From Acidobacteriota bacterium (GTDB lineage Bacteria > Acidobacteriota > UBA6911 > RPQK01 > JAJDTT01): a stretch of 64,000 nt of DNA. The stretch lies in NCBI GenBank assembly GCA_965209055.1, contig OZ242374.1:4256001-4320000 (forward strand). Direction: 5' to 3'. The notes under the pieces are model-generated. The model searched no databases. It saw only the letters and a list, made by a program, of their open reading frames with translations, and was not told where the DNA came from. This document shows positions 27,129-36,622 of this stretch, piece after piece; the stretch's first letter is position 1, and every line of letters starts with the position of its first letter. The translations under genes and the position numbers were made by a program.

Positions 27129-29231
27129 ATGCGGATCCTGTTTTTCCTGCTCACGATCCTGCCCGCGACGCTGCTCGCAGAGTCCCACGGGCTCTCGAAG
27201 CCGATCTACGAGGGGAAGGTCAAGATCATCTATCCCCGCGTCGCCATGCGGGACGGGGTGGAGCTGGCGACCAAAATCACCATGCCGGACGCGGAAGGCC
27301 GTTTTCCCGCCGTCATGATGTACCACCCCTACCGCGGGGTGAGGGAACCCTTGCCCGACTATCGGGACGAAAGACCCATGCTGGTGCCGTATCTGGCGGA
27401 ACGGGGCTACGCCATCGTCCAGTACGACGTCCGCGGCACGGGCAACTCCGGCGGATGGAGCAAGGACATCTACTCCGACGACGAGAGGCGGGACGGCTAC
27501 GAGATGGTGGAGTGGATCGCTCGTCAACCGTGGTCCAACGGCAACGTGGGGATGACCGGCATTTCCTACGGCGGCGTGGTGCAGTGGCAGGTGGCGGTCC
27601 AGAATCCGCCCAGCCTCAAGACCATTATCGTGCGCTCGGCCAACGACAGCGTCTACACCGAGTGGACCTATCCCGGCGGCTCTCTTCGCCCCTACATGTT
27701 CGACACCTATTCACCCCTCATGACGGCCTACAACTTCGCGCCCCCCGATCCCGAAATCGTCGGTGAGAAGTGGAGCGACATCTGGCAGACGCACCTGGAC
27801 AACAACCAGCCCTGGGGAATCGGATACATCTCTCACCAGCAGGAAGGGCCGTATTGGCAGGACCGCTCACTGTCGGCCGACTACAGCCGGGTCAAGTGTC
27901 CGGTCTTCGTCATCGCCGGCTGGGCCGACGTCTATCCGACGGCCCTGCTGCGGGCCTTTTCCAAGCTGGAAGTCAAGCACAAGAAAGCCCTGGTGGGACC
28001 CTGGCGGCACATCTGGGCCGAGAACAAGAAGACGGTGCCCGGTCCCCGGATCGACGGCCGGCCCATCATGTTGAAGTGGTTCGACTATTGGCTCAAGGGG
28101 ATCGACAACGGGGTGCTGGAGGAGCCTCCGGTGACGGTCTTCGTCCGGGAATACGATCCTCCCTCTCCCGTCATGCCCATCGAGGAGCCCGGTTTCTGGC
28201 GCTCCGAACTGGAATGGCCCATTGCTCGGGAGCAGCCCACCAGGATGTACTTTCACCCGGACGGCAAGCTGAGCCGGACGGCTCCCGGGGGATCGGATGA
28301 GGAAGGAGACCGCCTTGAGTACAAGCCCACCGTGGGGGTCACCTCGGGAATCCACTGGGGGGGAGGGATTCTCCCCTGGGGCAACCCCATCGACCAGCGG
28401 GCCGACGAAGCCTACTCCCTGACCTACACCACGGAACCATTGGAGGAACCGCTGGAGGTTTCGGGCACGCCGCGCGCCATGCTGCACATCTCCTCCACGG
28501 CCGAGGTTGCCTATTTCCGCGTGAAGCTCATCGACGTGGCGCCGGACGGGACCTCCAAGCTAGTCCGTTACGGCGGCCTGAACGCCGCGCACCGGAAGTC
28601 TCATTTCGATCCCGAACCGCTCCGGCCCGGAGAGGTGCACGAGGTGCCGGTGGAAGTGAAGGTGATGACCTACGTGTTCGCTCCCGGGCACCGGGTCCGG
28701 GTGGCCATCGCCAACGCCGACATCCAGAACGCCTGGCCCACGGCCCTGCCGGCGGTGAACACCGTGTACCGCAACGGCCGTTACCCGTCCCACATCGTCC
28801 TGCCGGTGATCCCGGAACAGAATCCCAAACTGCCGGAGCCCGAGTTCGTGAACCTGCCCAACGCCGACCCCAAGGTGGCGCTGGATCAAGAGAAACCGAT
28901 GGCGTACTCCATTACCCAGGACCTCGTTGCGGAAACCACGACGGTCCGGCTCGGCAAGGAAAGAAAGGGCAAACGGGGCGACGCCGAGCAATACATGAAG
29001 CTTTTCTCGAGTTTCACCGTGTCCGAAAAGAACCCGGCCAACGCGGCGCTGAAGGCAGAGGCCACGCTGTCGATCACGCGGCCGGAATCGGAAGTCAAGA
29101 TCGAAGCGAACGAGTTGACCTCCAGCAACAAGGCGGCATTCCGTCACCTGGTGGAGATCGAGATCACCGTCAACGGGAGGAGACACTTCAACCGGAGTTG
29201 GTCGGTCACCATTCCACGAAGACTGAACTAG
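27129..29231 (+). CDS. CocE/NonD family hydrolase with signal peptide
   Basis: MRILFFLLTILPATLLA signal after an AAGGAG SD; GISYGG, GWADVY, GPWRH. Close paralog of 25035-27056. Confidence 0.93.
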   Translation: MRILFFLLTILPATLLAESHGLSKPIYEGKVKIIYPRVAMRDGVELATKITMPDAEGRFPAVMMYHPYRGVREPLPDYRDERPMLVPYLAERGYAIVQYDVRGTGNSGGWSKDIYSDDERRDGYEMVEWIARQPWSNGNVGMTGISYGGVVQWQVAVQNPPSLKTIIVRSANDSVYTEWTYPGGSLRPYMFDTYSPLMTAYNFAPPDPEIVGEKWSDIWQTHLDNNQPWGIGYISHQQEGPYWQDRSLSADYSRVKCPVFVIAGWADVYPTALLRAFSKLEVKHKKALVGPWRHIWAENKKTVPGPRIDGRPIMLKWFDYWLKGIDNGVLEEPPVTVFVREYDPPSPVMPIEEPGFWRSELEWPIAREQPTRMYFHPDGKLSRTAPGGSDEEGDRLEYKPTVGVTSGIHWGGGILPWGNPIDQRADEAYSLTYTTEPLEEPLEVSGTPRAMLHISSTAEVAYFRVKLIDVAPDGTSKLVRYGGLNAAHRKSHFDPEPLRPGEVHEVPVEVKVMTYVFAPGHRVRVAIANADIQNAWPTALPAVNTVYRNGRYPSHIVLPVIPEQNPKLPEPEFVNLPNADPKVALDQEKPMAYSITQDLVAETTTVRLGKERKGKRGDAEQYMKLFSSFTVSEKNPANAALKAEATLSITRPESEVKIEANELTSSNKAAFRHLVEIEITVNGRRHFNRSWSVTIPRRLN

Positions 29232-29276
29232 CGTGCCGCAGATCCTGTGTTCCGCAGCCAGAGGGAGAGGTGTTCC

Positions 29277-31157
29277 ATGTCGTGTTATCCCAGGATTCCC
29301 ATCCCGTCCGTACCCGTTGTCCTCCAGGTTCTGATCTTCATGACGGCAACCGGACTGGCGTCGGGTCCCTGGTTCGTCAGCAACGATCCCTCCTGGGTGG
29401 ACAAGCTCTCGCAACCCCGATACGGCATCCACTTCGAACATGACGTCAAGGTCCGCATGCGGGACGGCGTCCGGCTGTCGGCCAACATCTGGCGGCCCAA
29501 GGCGGATGGGAAGTTCCCGGTGATCTTCGTCTACATGCCTTATGACAACACCCGGAAGTCGGAGTTCTTTCAGGGGGACATCATCGGCCGCGCCCAATAC
29601 TTCGTACCCCGGGGATACGTCTTCGCCTGTATCGACGTCAGGGGGCGTTACGATTCCGAAGGGGAATCCTACCTCTACTGGGACCCGAAGTGGCGGGAAG
29701 GAAAGTTCGACGGACAGGATGTCTACGACTGTCAGACCTGGCTCGGAGAACAGCCCTGGTCCACGGGAAAAATCGGGATGTGCGGCGGTTCGTATCTGGG
29801 ATTCGTGCAGTGGATGGGCGCCACCGAAGCGAACCGCTACCTCACGGCCCTGATCCCGTATGTGACTCCCGACGACCATTGGGACAACGTCTACCCCAAT
29901 GGGGCGTTCCAACTCTCCAACAGCCTCAACCTGCTGGCATTGCTCGGCAACCTGACGGCCAACAACAACGACGGCCTCCGGAACGATTTCCTGGACTGGG
30001 ACAAGCTGTACCGTCACCTTCCCATCCGGACCATGGACCAGGCCATGTTCGGGCAGACCGACATCCTGTGGCAGGACCTGGTGGATCATCCGGACAACGA
30101 CCACTACTGGCGGTTCAGCGTGGGAGACCGTCCCCGGGCCGGAGAGATGGGCGCGGGACAGTACCACAAGGTCCAGGTGCCGACCCTCAACATCACCGGC
30201 TGGTACGACCAGGTTTCCCAGGCCACCATCAACGGTTACCTGGGCATGGTCCAGTACGGCCCCGAGAAGATTCGCGGCCAGCATCGCCTGCTCGTCGGTC
30301 CCTGGAGGCATGGGGTGGGACCCCGGGAGGTGGGCGATCTCGACTATGGTCCGGAGGCGGACGTGGACTTTCGTCCCATCGAGCTTCGCTGGTACGACTA
30401 CTGGCTCAAGGGCATCGATAACGGGATGATGGACGAGCCGCCCGTCGACATCTTCGTGATGGGGGAGAACGAGTGGCGCACTGAGCACGAATGGCCCCTC
30501 AAACGTGCCCGGATCACGAAGTACTACCTCCACAGCGGCGGGCAGGCCAACAGCCGCTTCGGCAACGGCACTCTGAGCACCCGGCCGCCGTCCCAGGAAC
30601 CGGCCGATGTCTTCGCCTACGATCCGGACGATCCGGTTCCGACCTACGGCGGCAACGTGAGCATGTACCCCTCCACCGGGGGGCCCCGGGATCAGAGGGC
30701 CATCCAGCGGCGGGACGATGTGCTCGTCTACACCGGCGAGATCCTGGCAGAGGAGATCGAGGTGACGGGTCGGGTCCTGACCCTGCTCCATGCCGCCTCC
30801 AGCGCGACCGACACCGACTTCACCGCCAAGCTGGTGGACGTCCACCCCAACGGCTACGCTCAATTGCTGGCGGAGGGGATCATACGGGCCCGCTATCGGG
30901 ATTCGTTCAAGAAGCAGACGCTGCTGGAACCGGGCAAAGTCTACGAATACACCATCGATCTGTGGTCCATCAGCCACGTCTTCAAGCGTGGGCACCGGAT
31001 TCAACTGGAGATTTCGAGCAGCAACTTTCCGAAGTACGACCGCAATCCCAACACCGGCCAAAAGTTTGGTGAAGACGCGGAACTGAGAAAGGCGACGCAG
31101 ACGGTTCATCACGATGCCGCTTACCCGTCGCACATCGTGCTTCCGGTGATTCCCTGA
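29277..31157 (+). CDS. CocE/NonD family hydrolase, probably exported
   Basis: MRDGVRLSA, DVRGRYDSEG, GGSYLG, GWYD, GPWRH, ISSSNFPKYDRNPNTG. ATG 29277 with GGAGAGG SD. Confidence 0.93.
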   Translation: MSCYPRIPIPSVPVVLQVLIFMTATGLASGPWFVSNDPSWVDKLSQPRYGIHFEHDVKVRMRDGVRLSANIWRPKADGKFPVIFVYMPYDNTRKSEFFQGDIIGRAQYFVPRGYVFACIDVRGRYDSEGESYLYWDPKWREGKFDGQDVYDCQTWLGEQPWSTGKIGMCGGSYLGFVQWMGATEANRYLTALIPYVTPDDHWDNVYPNGAFQLSNSLNLLALLGNLTANNNDGLRNDFLDWDKLYRHLPIRTMDQAMFGQTDILWQDLVDHPDNDHYWRFSVGDRPRAGEMGAGQYHKVQVPTLNITGWYDQVSQATINGYLGMVQYGPEKIRGQHRLLVGPWRHGVGPREVGDLDYGPEADVDFRPIELRWYDYWLKGIDNGMMDEPPVDIFVMGENEWRTEHEWPLKRARITKYYLHSGGQANSRFGNGTLSTRPPSQEPADVFAYDPDDPVPTYGGNVSMYPSTGGPRDQRAIQRRDDVLVYTGEILAEEIEVTGRVLTLLHAASSATDTDFTAKLVDVHPNGYAQLLAEGIIRARYRDSFKKQTLLEPGKVYEYTIDLWSISHVFKRGHRIQLEISSSNFPKYDRNPNTGQKFGEDAELRKATQTVHHDAAYPSHIVLPVIP

Positions 31158-31210
31158 GAAATCGATTCCGAGAGGAGCTATATTCTTCCCGAGTCAAGGA
31201 GGTCGGCGAG

Positions 31211-32380
31211 ATGCATAAGACAGCGGATGCGGTAGTGATCGGAGGGGGAATCGCGGGCGCAAGCGTGGCCCATTTTCTGGCCCGAAAGGGATTCAAAAAG
31301 GTCGTCTTGCTTGAGAAGGGCCGTCTGGCCGGCGTGAGCACGGGCCGGTCGGCCGCCGTGGTCCGGACCTACTACTCCAACCCCATCACCGTGAAACTGG
31401 CGTGGCGCGCGGTGCAGATGTTCGAGAACGACCGGGAGGCGCTGGGAGGCGATTCCGGGTTTCGGCAGATCGGATTTCTCCTCCTCTTGGATGAGGGATG
31501 GAAGATGGCCGGTGACCAGATACTGGAGATGGAGAGCACCCACGGCGTCGAGGTCCGGGAACTGTCGCGGGAAGACATCCGGGAACTCGCGCCGCCGCTG
31601 AACCTGGAGGGGATCGTCCGCGCCATCTTCGAGCCTCGCTCCGGCTGCGCGGATCCGATCCGGACGACCGAGAGCTTGGTGAACGGAGCCCATCAGTGGG
31701 GTCTGACGGCGCACGTGGGAGTGGCGGCCACCGGCATCAACCTCGACGGCGGCCGCGTCCGCTCCGTGGAGACGGAGCAGGGAACCATCGACACCCCCGT
31801 GGTGGTGAACGCAGCCGGGCCCTGGGGGCGGCAGGTGGGCCTTTGGGCCGGCCTCAACTACTCTGTCCGCTGGAGCCGGGAGACGGACCTGATCGTGACT
31901 CAGCCGGGTGATTTCGGCCCTCTTCCCGTCATTTCCGATCCCCCGCAACGCGCCTACTACAAGCCTCACGCGGACAACACGATGCTGGCCGGACTCGGCT
32001 ACCCCAAAGAGGTGGAGCCGCTGAACATCGATTCGTACAACGAGGACCTGGACGCGGATCAGCGCGGGCGGATCGAGGCCTGCCTGTTCAAGCGGATTCC
32101 CGTGCTTCGGGAGATGGAATACCACCACGGATACGCGTCCATCTATACGATCATGGACGACTGGCACCCGGTCGTGGGACCGGAGCCCCACATCGAGGGC
32201 TACTACGCCTTCTTCGGAGGCAGCGGCCATGGCTTCAAGATCGGCCCGCCGCTGGGTGAGGCGCTGGCGGACATCATCGCGGGTGACGAACCCGAGATCG
32301 ACATTCACCAGTTTCGGCCGTCCCGCTTCCTGGAAGGGGAGACCTTCTCCTCGGCCTGGGGAGGCGGAAACCGGGGTTGA
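31211..32380 (+). CDS. FAD-dependent oxidoreductase, sarcosine oxidase beta/DAO family
   Basis: IGGGIAGAS, GVSTGRSAA, VVNAAGPW, GSGHGFKIGP, FRPSRF. AAGGAGG SD. Confidence 0.9.
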   Translation: MHKTADAVVIGGGIAGASVAHFLARKGFKKVVLLEKGRLAGVSTGRSAAVVRTYYSNPITVKLAWRAVQMFENDREALGGDSGFRQIGFLLLLDEGWKMAGDQILEMESTHGVEVRELSREDIRELAPPLNLEGIVRAIFEPRSGCADPIRTTESLVNGAHQWGLTAHVGVAATGINLDGGRVRSVETEQGTIDTPVVVNAAGPWGRQVGLWAGLNYSVRWSRETDLIVTQPGDFGPLPVISDPPQRAYYKPHADNTMLAGLGYPKEVEPLNIDSYNEDLDADQRGRIEACLFKRIPVLREMEYHHGYASIYTIMDDWHPVVGPEPHIEGYYAFFGGSGHGFKIGPPLGEALADIIAGDEPEIDIHQFRPSRFLEGETFSSAWGGGNRG

Positions 32381-32407
32381 AGGGAACGAAATTTCCAAGG
32401 GGGAACG

Positions 32408-32590
32408 ATGGAACCCGATAAGACCGAAACCCGGGACGACAGGGGAGAATCCTATCGGTACGCCAGCCATGAGCTCGACCTGATGGACCGGGTCGAGTTG
32501 CCGCGGCTGAACCCCTGGTTGAGCCTGGCCCTGCTGGTCCTGGCCGGTTTCGCCTACGTCTGGATCTGGGGAGTTCTCCTGCGAGGATAA
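32408..32590 (+). CDS. Small single-TM protein preceding an SSS transporter
   Basis: 60 aa with a C-terminal hydrophobic helix (WLSLALLVLAGFAYVWIWGVLL); AAGGGGG SD; ends 3 nt before the symporter ATG. Confidence 0.65.
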   Translation: MEPDKTETRDDRGESYRYASHELDLMDRVELPRLNPWLSLALLVLAGFAYVWIWGVLLRG

Positions 32591-32593
32591 GCG

Positions 32594-34039
32594 ATGGAAG
32601 AGTTCCAGCCCTCCTGGTGGCTGATCGCAACCTACCTGCTCCTGATGTTCGGGATCGGCATCTGGGCCGCCCGGACGCGGGTCGGCCGGATGGAGGACAT
32701 GGCCGTCGCCGGCCGCAGCTCCGGACCCTGGTTGATCGCCTTCTCGGTGGCCGCAACCTGGATCAACGGGACCACCCTGATCGGGATCTCGGGAGTGGCC
32801 AAGGACTTCGGCTTGAGCGCCTACTGGACCGGCGGTTCATTCGTCCTCGCCACCATCTGGATGTCCTACTACGTGGTCCCGCGCCTTCGGGCCACCCGAA
32901 TCATCACCGTTCCCCAACTCTTCGAGCGCTTCTACGGCCCCCGTCACCGCCTCGTTTCCCTTTCCCTCATCATCCTTCGGGACTTGGGCGCCACCGCGGG
33001 AGTCATGGGTTCCCTGGCCGTGGTCACTTCCAGCATCCTGCAGATCTCGCTGCTGCAGTCCCTGGCGCTGGTCGGGGCCTTGACCCTGGTCTACGTCTTC
33101 CTGGGTGGGATGTGGGCCATCCTGGTGACGGACGCGATCCAGTTCTTCATCGTCTCCATCGGATCCGTCGCGCTCGTGGTTTTCGGTTTTCTGGGCGCCG
33201 GAGGTTTTTCCGTACTGCGGTCCATCGAGGACCCGGACTTTCTCGGCAGCTTCGGCACCGGCGGTCCCAGCCAGGTCATCGCCTGGGTCATCATCGGCAT
33301 ATCCATCACCTTCGGCTATCAGAGCGTGATTCAGCGGGGGTTGGCGGCCTCCAGCACGGCCGCCGCCCACAAGGGATTCCTCTACGGCGGGATCATCTCG
33401 ACGATCTGGTACATGGTTCCGCCGCTGATCGGCGTCTTGGGGCGGGCCCTCTACGGAGCGGACATCTCCGGCGACGACGTATTCCTCCAAATGACCTTCG
33501 GCGTGGCCGGGGGGCAATTGGGCAGCATAATCATCGTGGGGATCCTGGCCGCCAGCATGTCCACTCTCGACTCCACCATCAACACCATCGCCTCCAACTT
33601 CACCATCGATATCTACAACCGGTTCCTCAATCCCAACGCCAGTCCCAGGGCTCAGCTCTGGCTCTACCGCCTGAACGTCATTCTGGTCGGCGCGCTGGCC
33701 GCCGCCATTTACTACGTTTTTCCCTTGATGATCGAACTGTTCTGGCTGGGCGGACGGATCATGGGAGCTTCGGTGGCGCCCGTGGTGGCGGCGATGGTCC
33801 TGTTTCCCCGAGTCCGGCGGGCTCCCAGAACCGTTCTCACCTCCATGCTGACCGGAGCCAGCGTGATCATCCTCTACCAGGTCCTGGGAAGCGTCCAGGA
33901 GGTGGGCACCATCGTGGTCGTCTGGACCATCGATCCCATTCTGATCGGGGTGCCCATCACTGTCTCGCTGCTGGCGCTCGGAACCTGGTGGGAGACGCGC
34001 GATGCGCGTCCGATCCGACCGGACTCGTCAAAGCCGTAA
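32594..34039 (+). CDS. Sodium:solute symporter (SSS) family transporter
   Basis: Multiple TM helices, VAGRS, YVFLGGMWAILVTDAIQ, LAASMSTLDS. Confidence 0.93.
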   Translation: MEEFQPSWWLIATYLLLMFGIGIWAARTRVGRMEDMAVAGRSSGPWLIAFSVAATWINGTTLIGISGVAKDFGLSAYWTGGSFVLATIWMSYYVVPRLRATRIITVPQLFERFYGPRHRLVSLSLIILRDLGATAGVMGSLAVVTSSILQISLLQSLALVGALTLVYVFLGGMWAILVTDAIQFFIVSIGSVALVVFGFLGAGGFSVLRSIEDPDFLGSFGTGGPSQVIAWVIIGISITFGYQSVIQRGLAASSTAAAHKGFLYGGIISTIWYMVPPLIGVLGRALYGADISGDDVFLQMTFGVAGGQLGSIIIVGILAASMSTLDSTINTIASNFTIDIYNRFLNPNASPRAQLWLYRLNVILVGALAAAIYYVFPLMIELFWLGGRIMGASVAPVVAAMVLFPRVRRAPRTVLTSMLTGASVIILYQVLGSVQEVGTIVVVWTIDPILIGVPITVSLLALGTWWETRDARPIRPDSSKP

Positions 34040-34093
34040 CCGGCGGACCAGGTCCGGGTCCGGATTCAGCAACCTCAAACAAGGAATTCGCCA

Positions 34094-35347
34094 GTGACCG
34101 TCAAGACCAAGTTTCTTGTTCTCGCCATGCCATGGTGGATGATGACGCTCGGGGCATCGTCTTGGACACAGCAGGCCGCAGGCGGCAGGCCCGGCCCCAT
34201 GCTCCACACCGAAAAAACCGTGGTCGCCGAGTCGCCCGATCCGGGGAGGCTGTTCGTCTACGAACCGGCGCTGGTGAAGCTTCCCAGCGGCCGGCTCTTG
34301 GTGACCTTCGAACACACCCTGATTGACGCGAACGCCCAGGTGCCTCGCCGGTTTCGGCTGGCCGTCAGTGACGACGGAGGCCGGACCTGGCGGCAGCTTC
34401 CTCCGCTCGATCTGCACTCCGCGCAGCCGTTCGTGCATGAATCCAAGTTGTATCTTCTTGGAAATCTGGCCATCCGCCGGAACATCGTGATCCTGCGCTC
34501 CAACAACGAAGGACGATCCTGGACGGAGCCGGTCACGTTGTTCGAGGGAAGCTACTGGAACGCGCCCACCGGGGTCCTGATCAAGGACCGGCGCCTCTAC
34601 CGGTCCTTCAACCTGCACCAGGACGCCGACGGCACGCCGAATCTGCGAAATTACCAGGGGTGCGTCGTCATTGCCGGGGACCTCTCACGGAATCTGCTGG
34701 ACAGGTCCGCCTGGCGAATGTCCGACCGGCTGGACTACCCGGGCACCCCGCCGCTCTTGACCCGCGTGCCGGCTGCCGGACGACGCCCGGACCACTGGCT
34801 CGAATCAAACCTGGTGGGGGTGAAGGGTGAGATCCGAGGTTTCCATCGGCTCCGCGTTCCCGGCGGAGCCGCTCAAGGTCTGACGCATCAATCCACCGCC
34901 GGACTGGCGGCGGTCACCGACCTCGCGGATGACGGGACGACCTTGAGACACACCTTCGGGCAGTTCTTTCCGATGCCTGGGGCGCAGAACAAATTTCACA
35001 TCATCCGCGACGAACCTTCCGGATTGTATTGGATGGCGGGCAACATCCCCGTCGATTCGCTGGGCGGCGCCCCGGGGGGCGACGATCGGCGGATTCTGAT
35101 CCTGATGTACAGTGTCGACGCCCACAACTGGTTCCAGGCCGGCTGCGTGGCCATGACCAGGAAGCCTCGCGAAGCTTACAACTACGCGTCTCTGCTGCCG
35201 GAAGGGGATGACCTGCTGCTGGCGGTGCGGACGGCGCTGGGAGGCCGGCATTCGCAGGCGAAGAGTACGCACATCACGTTTCACCGCGTCCGGGGCTTCC
35301 GGTCGCTGGCCCTGGATCTTCCCGGCCGCCGCGACGCCGGCGATTGA
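34094..35347 (+). CDS. Secreted BNR/Asp-box (sialidase-like) beta-propeller protein
   Basis: Signal peptide; Asp boxes SDDGGRTW and SNNEGRSW; no FRIP motif. Confidence 0.75.
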   Translation: MTVKTKFLVLAMPWWMMTLGASSWTQQAAGGRPGPMLHTEKTVVAESPDPGRLFVYEPALVKLPSGRLLVTFEHTLIDANAQVPRRFRLAVSDDGGRTWRQLPPLDLHSAQPFVHESKLYLLGNLAIRRNIVILRSNNEGRSWTEPVTLFEGSYWNAPTGVLIKDRRLYRSFNLHQDADGTPNLRNYQGCVVIAGDLSRNLLDRSAWRMSDRLDYPGTPPLLTRVPAAGRRPDHWLESNLVGVKGEIRGFHRLRVPGGAAQGLTHQSTAGLAAVTDLADDGTTLRHTFGQFFPMPGAQNKFHIIRDEPSGLYWMAGNIPVDSLGGAPGGDDRRILILMYSVDAHNWFQAGCVAMTRKPREAYNYASLLPEGDDLLLAVRTALGGRHSQAKSTHITFHRVRGFRSLALDLPGRRDAGD

Positions 35348-35445
35348 CGTCTGCTCAACGGAGGTCAGACGCCTCTCCCCGTGCCGGCCACAGAATTTGC
35401 GTGAGACGTGACGGCGCCTTTCGGCGAACAGAGGAGGTAGCAACC

Positions 35446-36576
35446 ATGCGGGTGTTTCAGCCATTCCAAATGGAACGGATGATGTCCCGGTTCGAGAAGG
35501 AGGTGAAATTCAATCTCTCGGAGAGCGGCGCCCATCCGGTCCTGCTCCGGGAGCTCGTCGATCGGGAGAACGGCACTCTTGAGGGCTTGCTGGACACCGA
35601 TCTGAACTATCCCCACACCAACGGAATACCTGAGCTTTGGCGGAACATTGCGCGGCTCTATCCGGGCGCAACGCCTGAGAACGTCCTGGTGACGGTCGGT
35701 GCCATCGAGGCCAACTACCTCGTGATCAGAACCCTTCTGGACCCCGGCGACGAGATCGTCGTCATGCTCCCGAACTACATGCAGATCTGGGGACTGGCGA
35801 AGAACCACGGCCTTGCATTGAAGACCTTTCATCTGCGGGAGGAAACGGGCTGGGCGCCGGATCTGGCCGAACTGGAGTCAATGGCGACGGCCAACACCCG
35901 GCTGATCGCGGTATGCAATCCCAACAACCCGACCGGGCGCGTTCTGACCGAATCCGAAATGGAGGCCGTCATCGAGATCGCTGACCGGTCCGGAAGCTGG
36001 ATCCTGGCCGATGAAGTCTATGCCGGGGCCGAGCGCGTCACCGACCAGGAGACGCCGACCTTCTATGGAAGGTACGACAAGGTCCTGGCAACGGGGAGCC
36101 TGAGCAAGGCCTACGGGCTTCCGGGCCTGAGGATCGGCTGGGTCGTGGCGCCGGGCGGCATGGTGGACGAATTCTGGGCACGGCATGAATACACGACCAT
36201 CAGCGCGACCATGCTTTCCAACCGGCTGGCGGCCCTGGCCCTGTCTCCCGAAGTCCGCCCCTGGCTGGTGCGCCGCACCCGTTCCTACATCCGTCGAGGT
36301 TATCCCATACTCCGAAGCTGGATGGACCGGCATCCGGGCACCTTCAGCCTGAGGCCGCCGGACGCCGGGGCGATCGCCTTCATTCGTTACCATTTGGAGA
36401 TCAACTCGATCCGGCTGGCCCGGCGGCTCGCCTTGGAAAAGAGTGTCCTGATCATGCCGGGAGATCACTTTGGCATCGATCACTTCCTGCGCGTGAGTTT
36501 CGGTCTGCCGCACGGTTACCTGAGCCCTGCTCTGGACCGAATTCACGATATGATCGAGGAACTGAAGGTTCGATGA
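35446..36576 (+). CDS. PLP-dependent aminotransferase class I/II
   Basis: FNLSESG, CNPNNPTG, LADEVY, SLSKAYGLPGLRIGW (PLP Lys). ATG 35446 with GAGGAGG SD. Confidence 0.93.
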   Translation: MRVFQPFQMERMMSRFEKEVKFNLSESGAHPVLLRELVDRENGTLEGLLDTDLNYPHTNGIPELWRNIARLYPGATPENVLVTVGAIEANYLVIRTLLDPGDEIVVMLPNYMQIWGLAKNHGLALKTFHLREETGWAPDLAELESMATANTRLIAVCNPNNPTGRVLTESEMEAVIEIADRSGSWILADEVYAGAERVTDQETPTFYGRYDKVLATGSLSKAYGLPGLRIGWVVAPGGMVDEFWARHEYTTISATMLSNRLAALALSPEVRPWLVRRTRSYIRRGYPILRSWMDRHPGTFSLRPPDAGAIAFIRYHLEINSIRLARRLALEKSVLIMPGDHFGIDHFLRVSFGLPHGYLSPALDRIHDMIEELKVR

Positions 36577-36622
36577 AAGGAGCGGGAAAAGCCATGGCCT
36601 CGAGATCCCAGGAGGATCACCC

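Noticed and set aside
28560-31133. 857-aa minus-strand ORF (and similar long antisense ORFs at 6551-8176, 38619-40319, 40835-42517, 56902-58683 and 59164-60768)
   Set aside because: Each mirrors a well-supported gene on the opposite strand and lacks family motifs.
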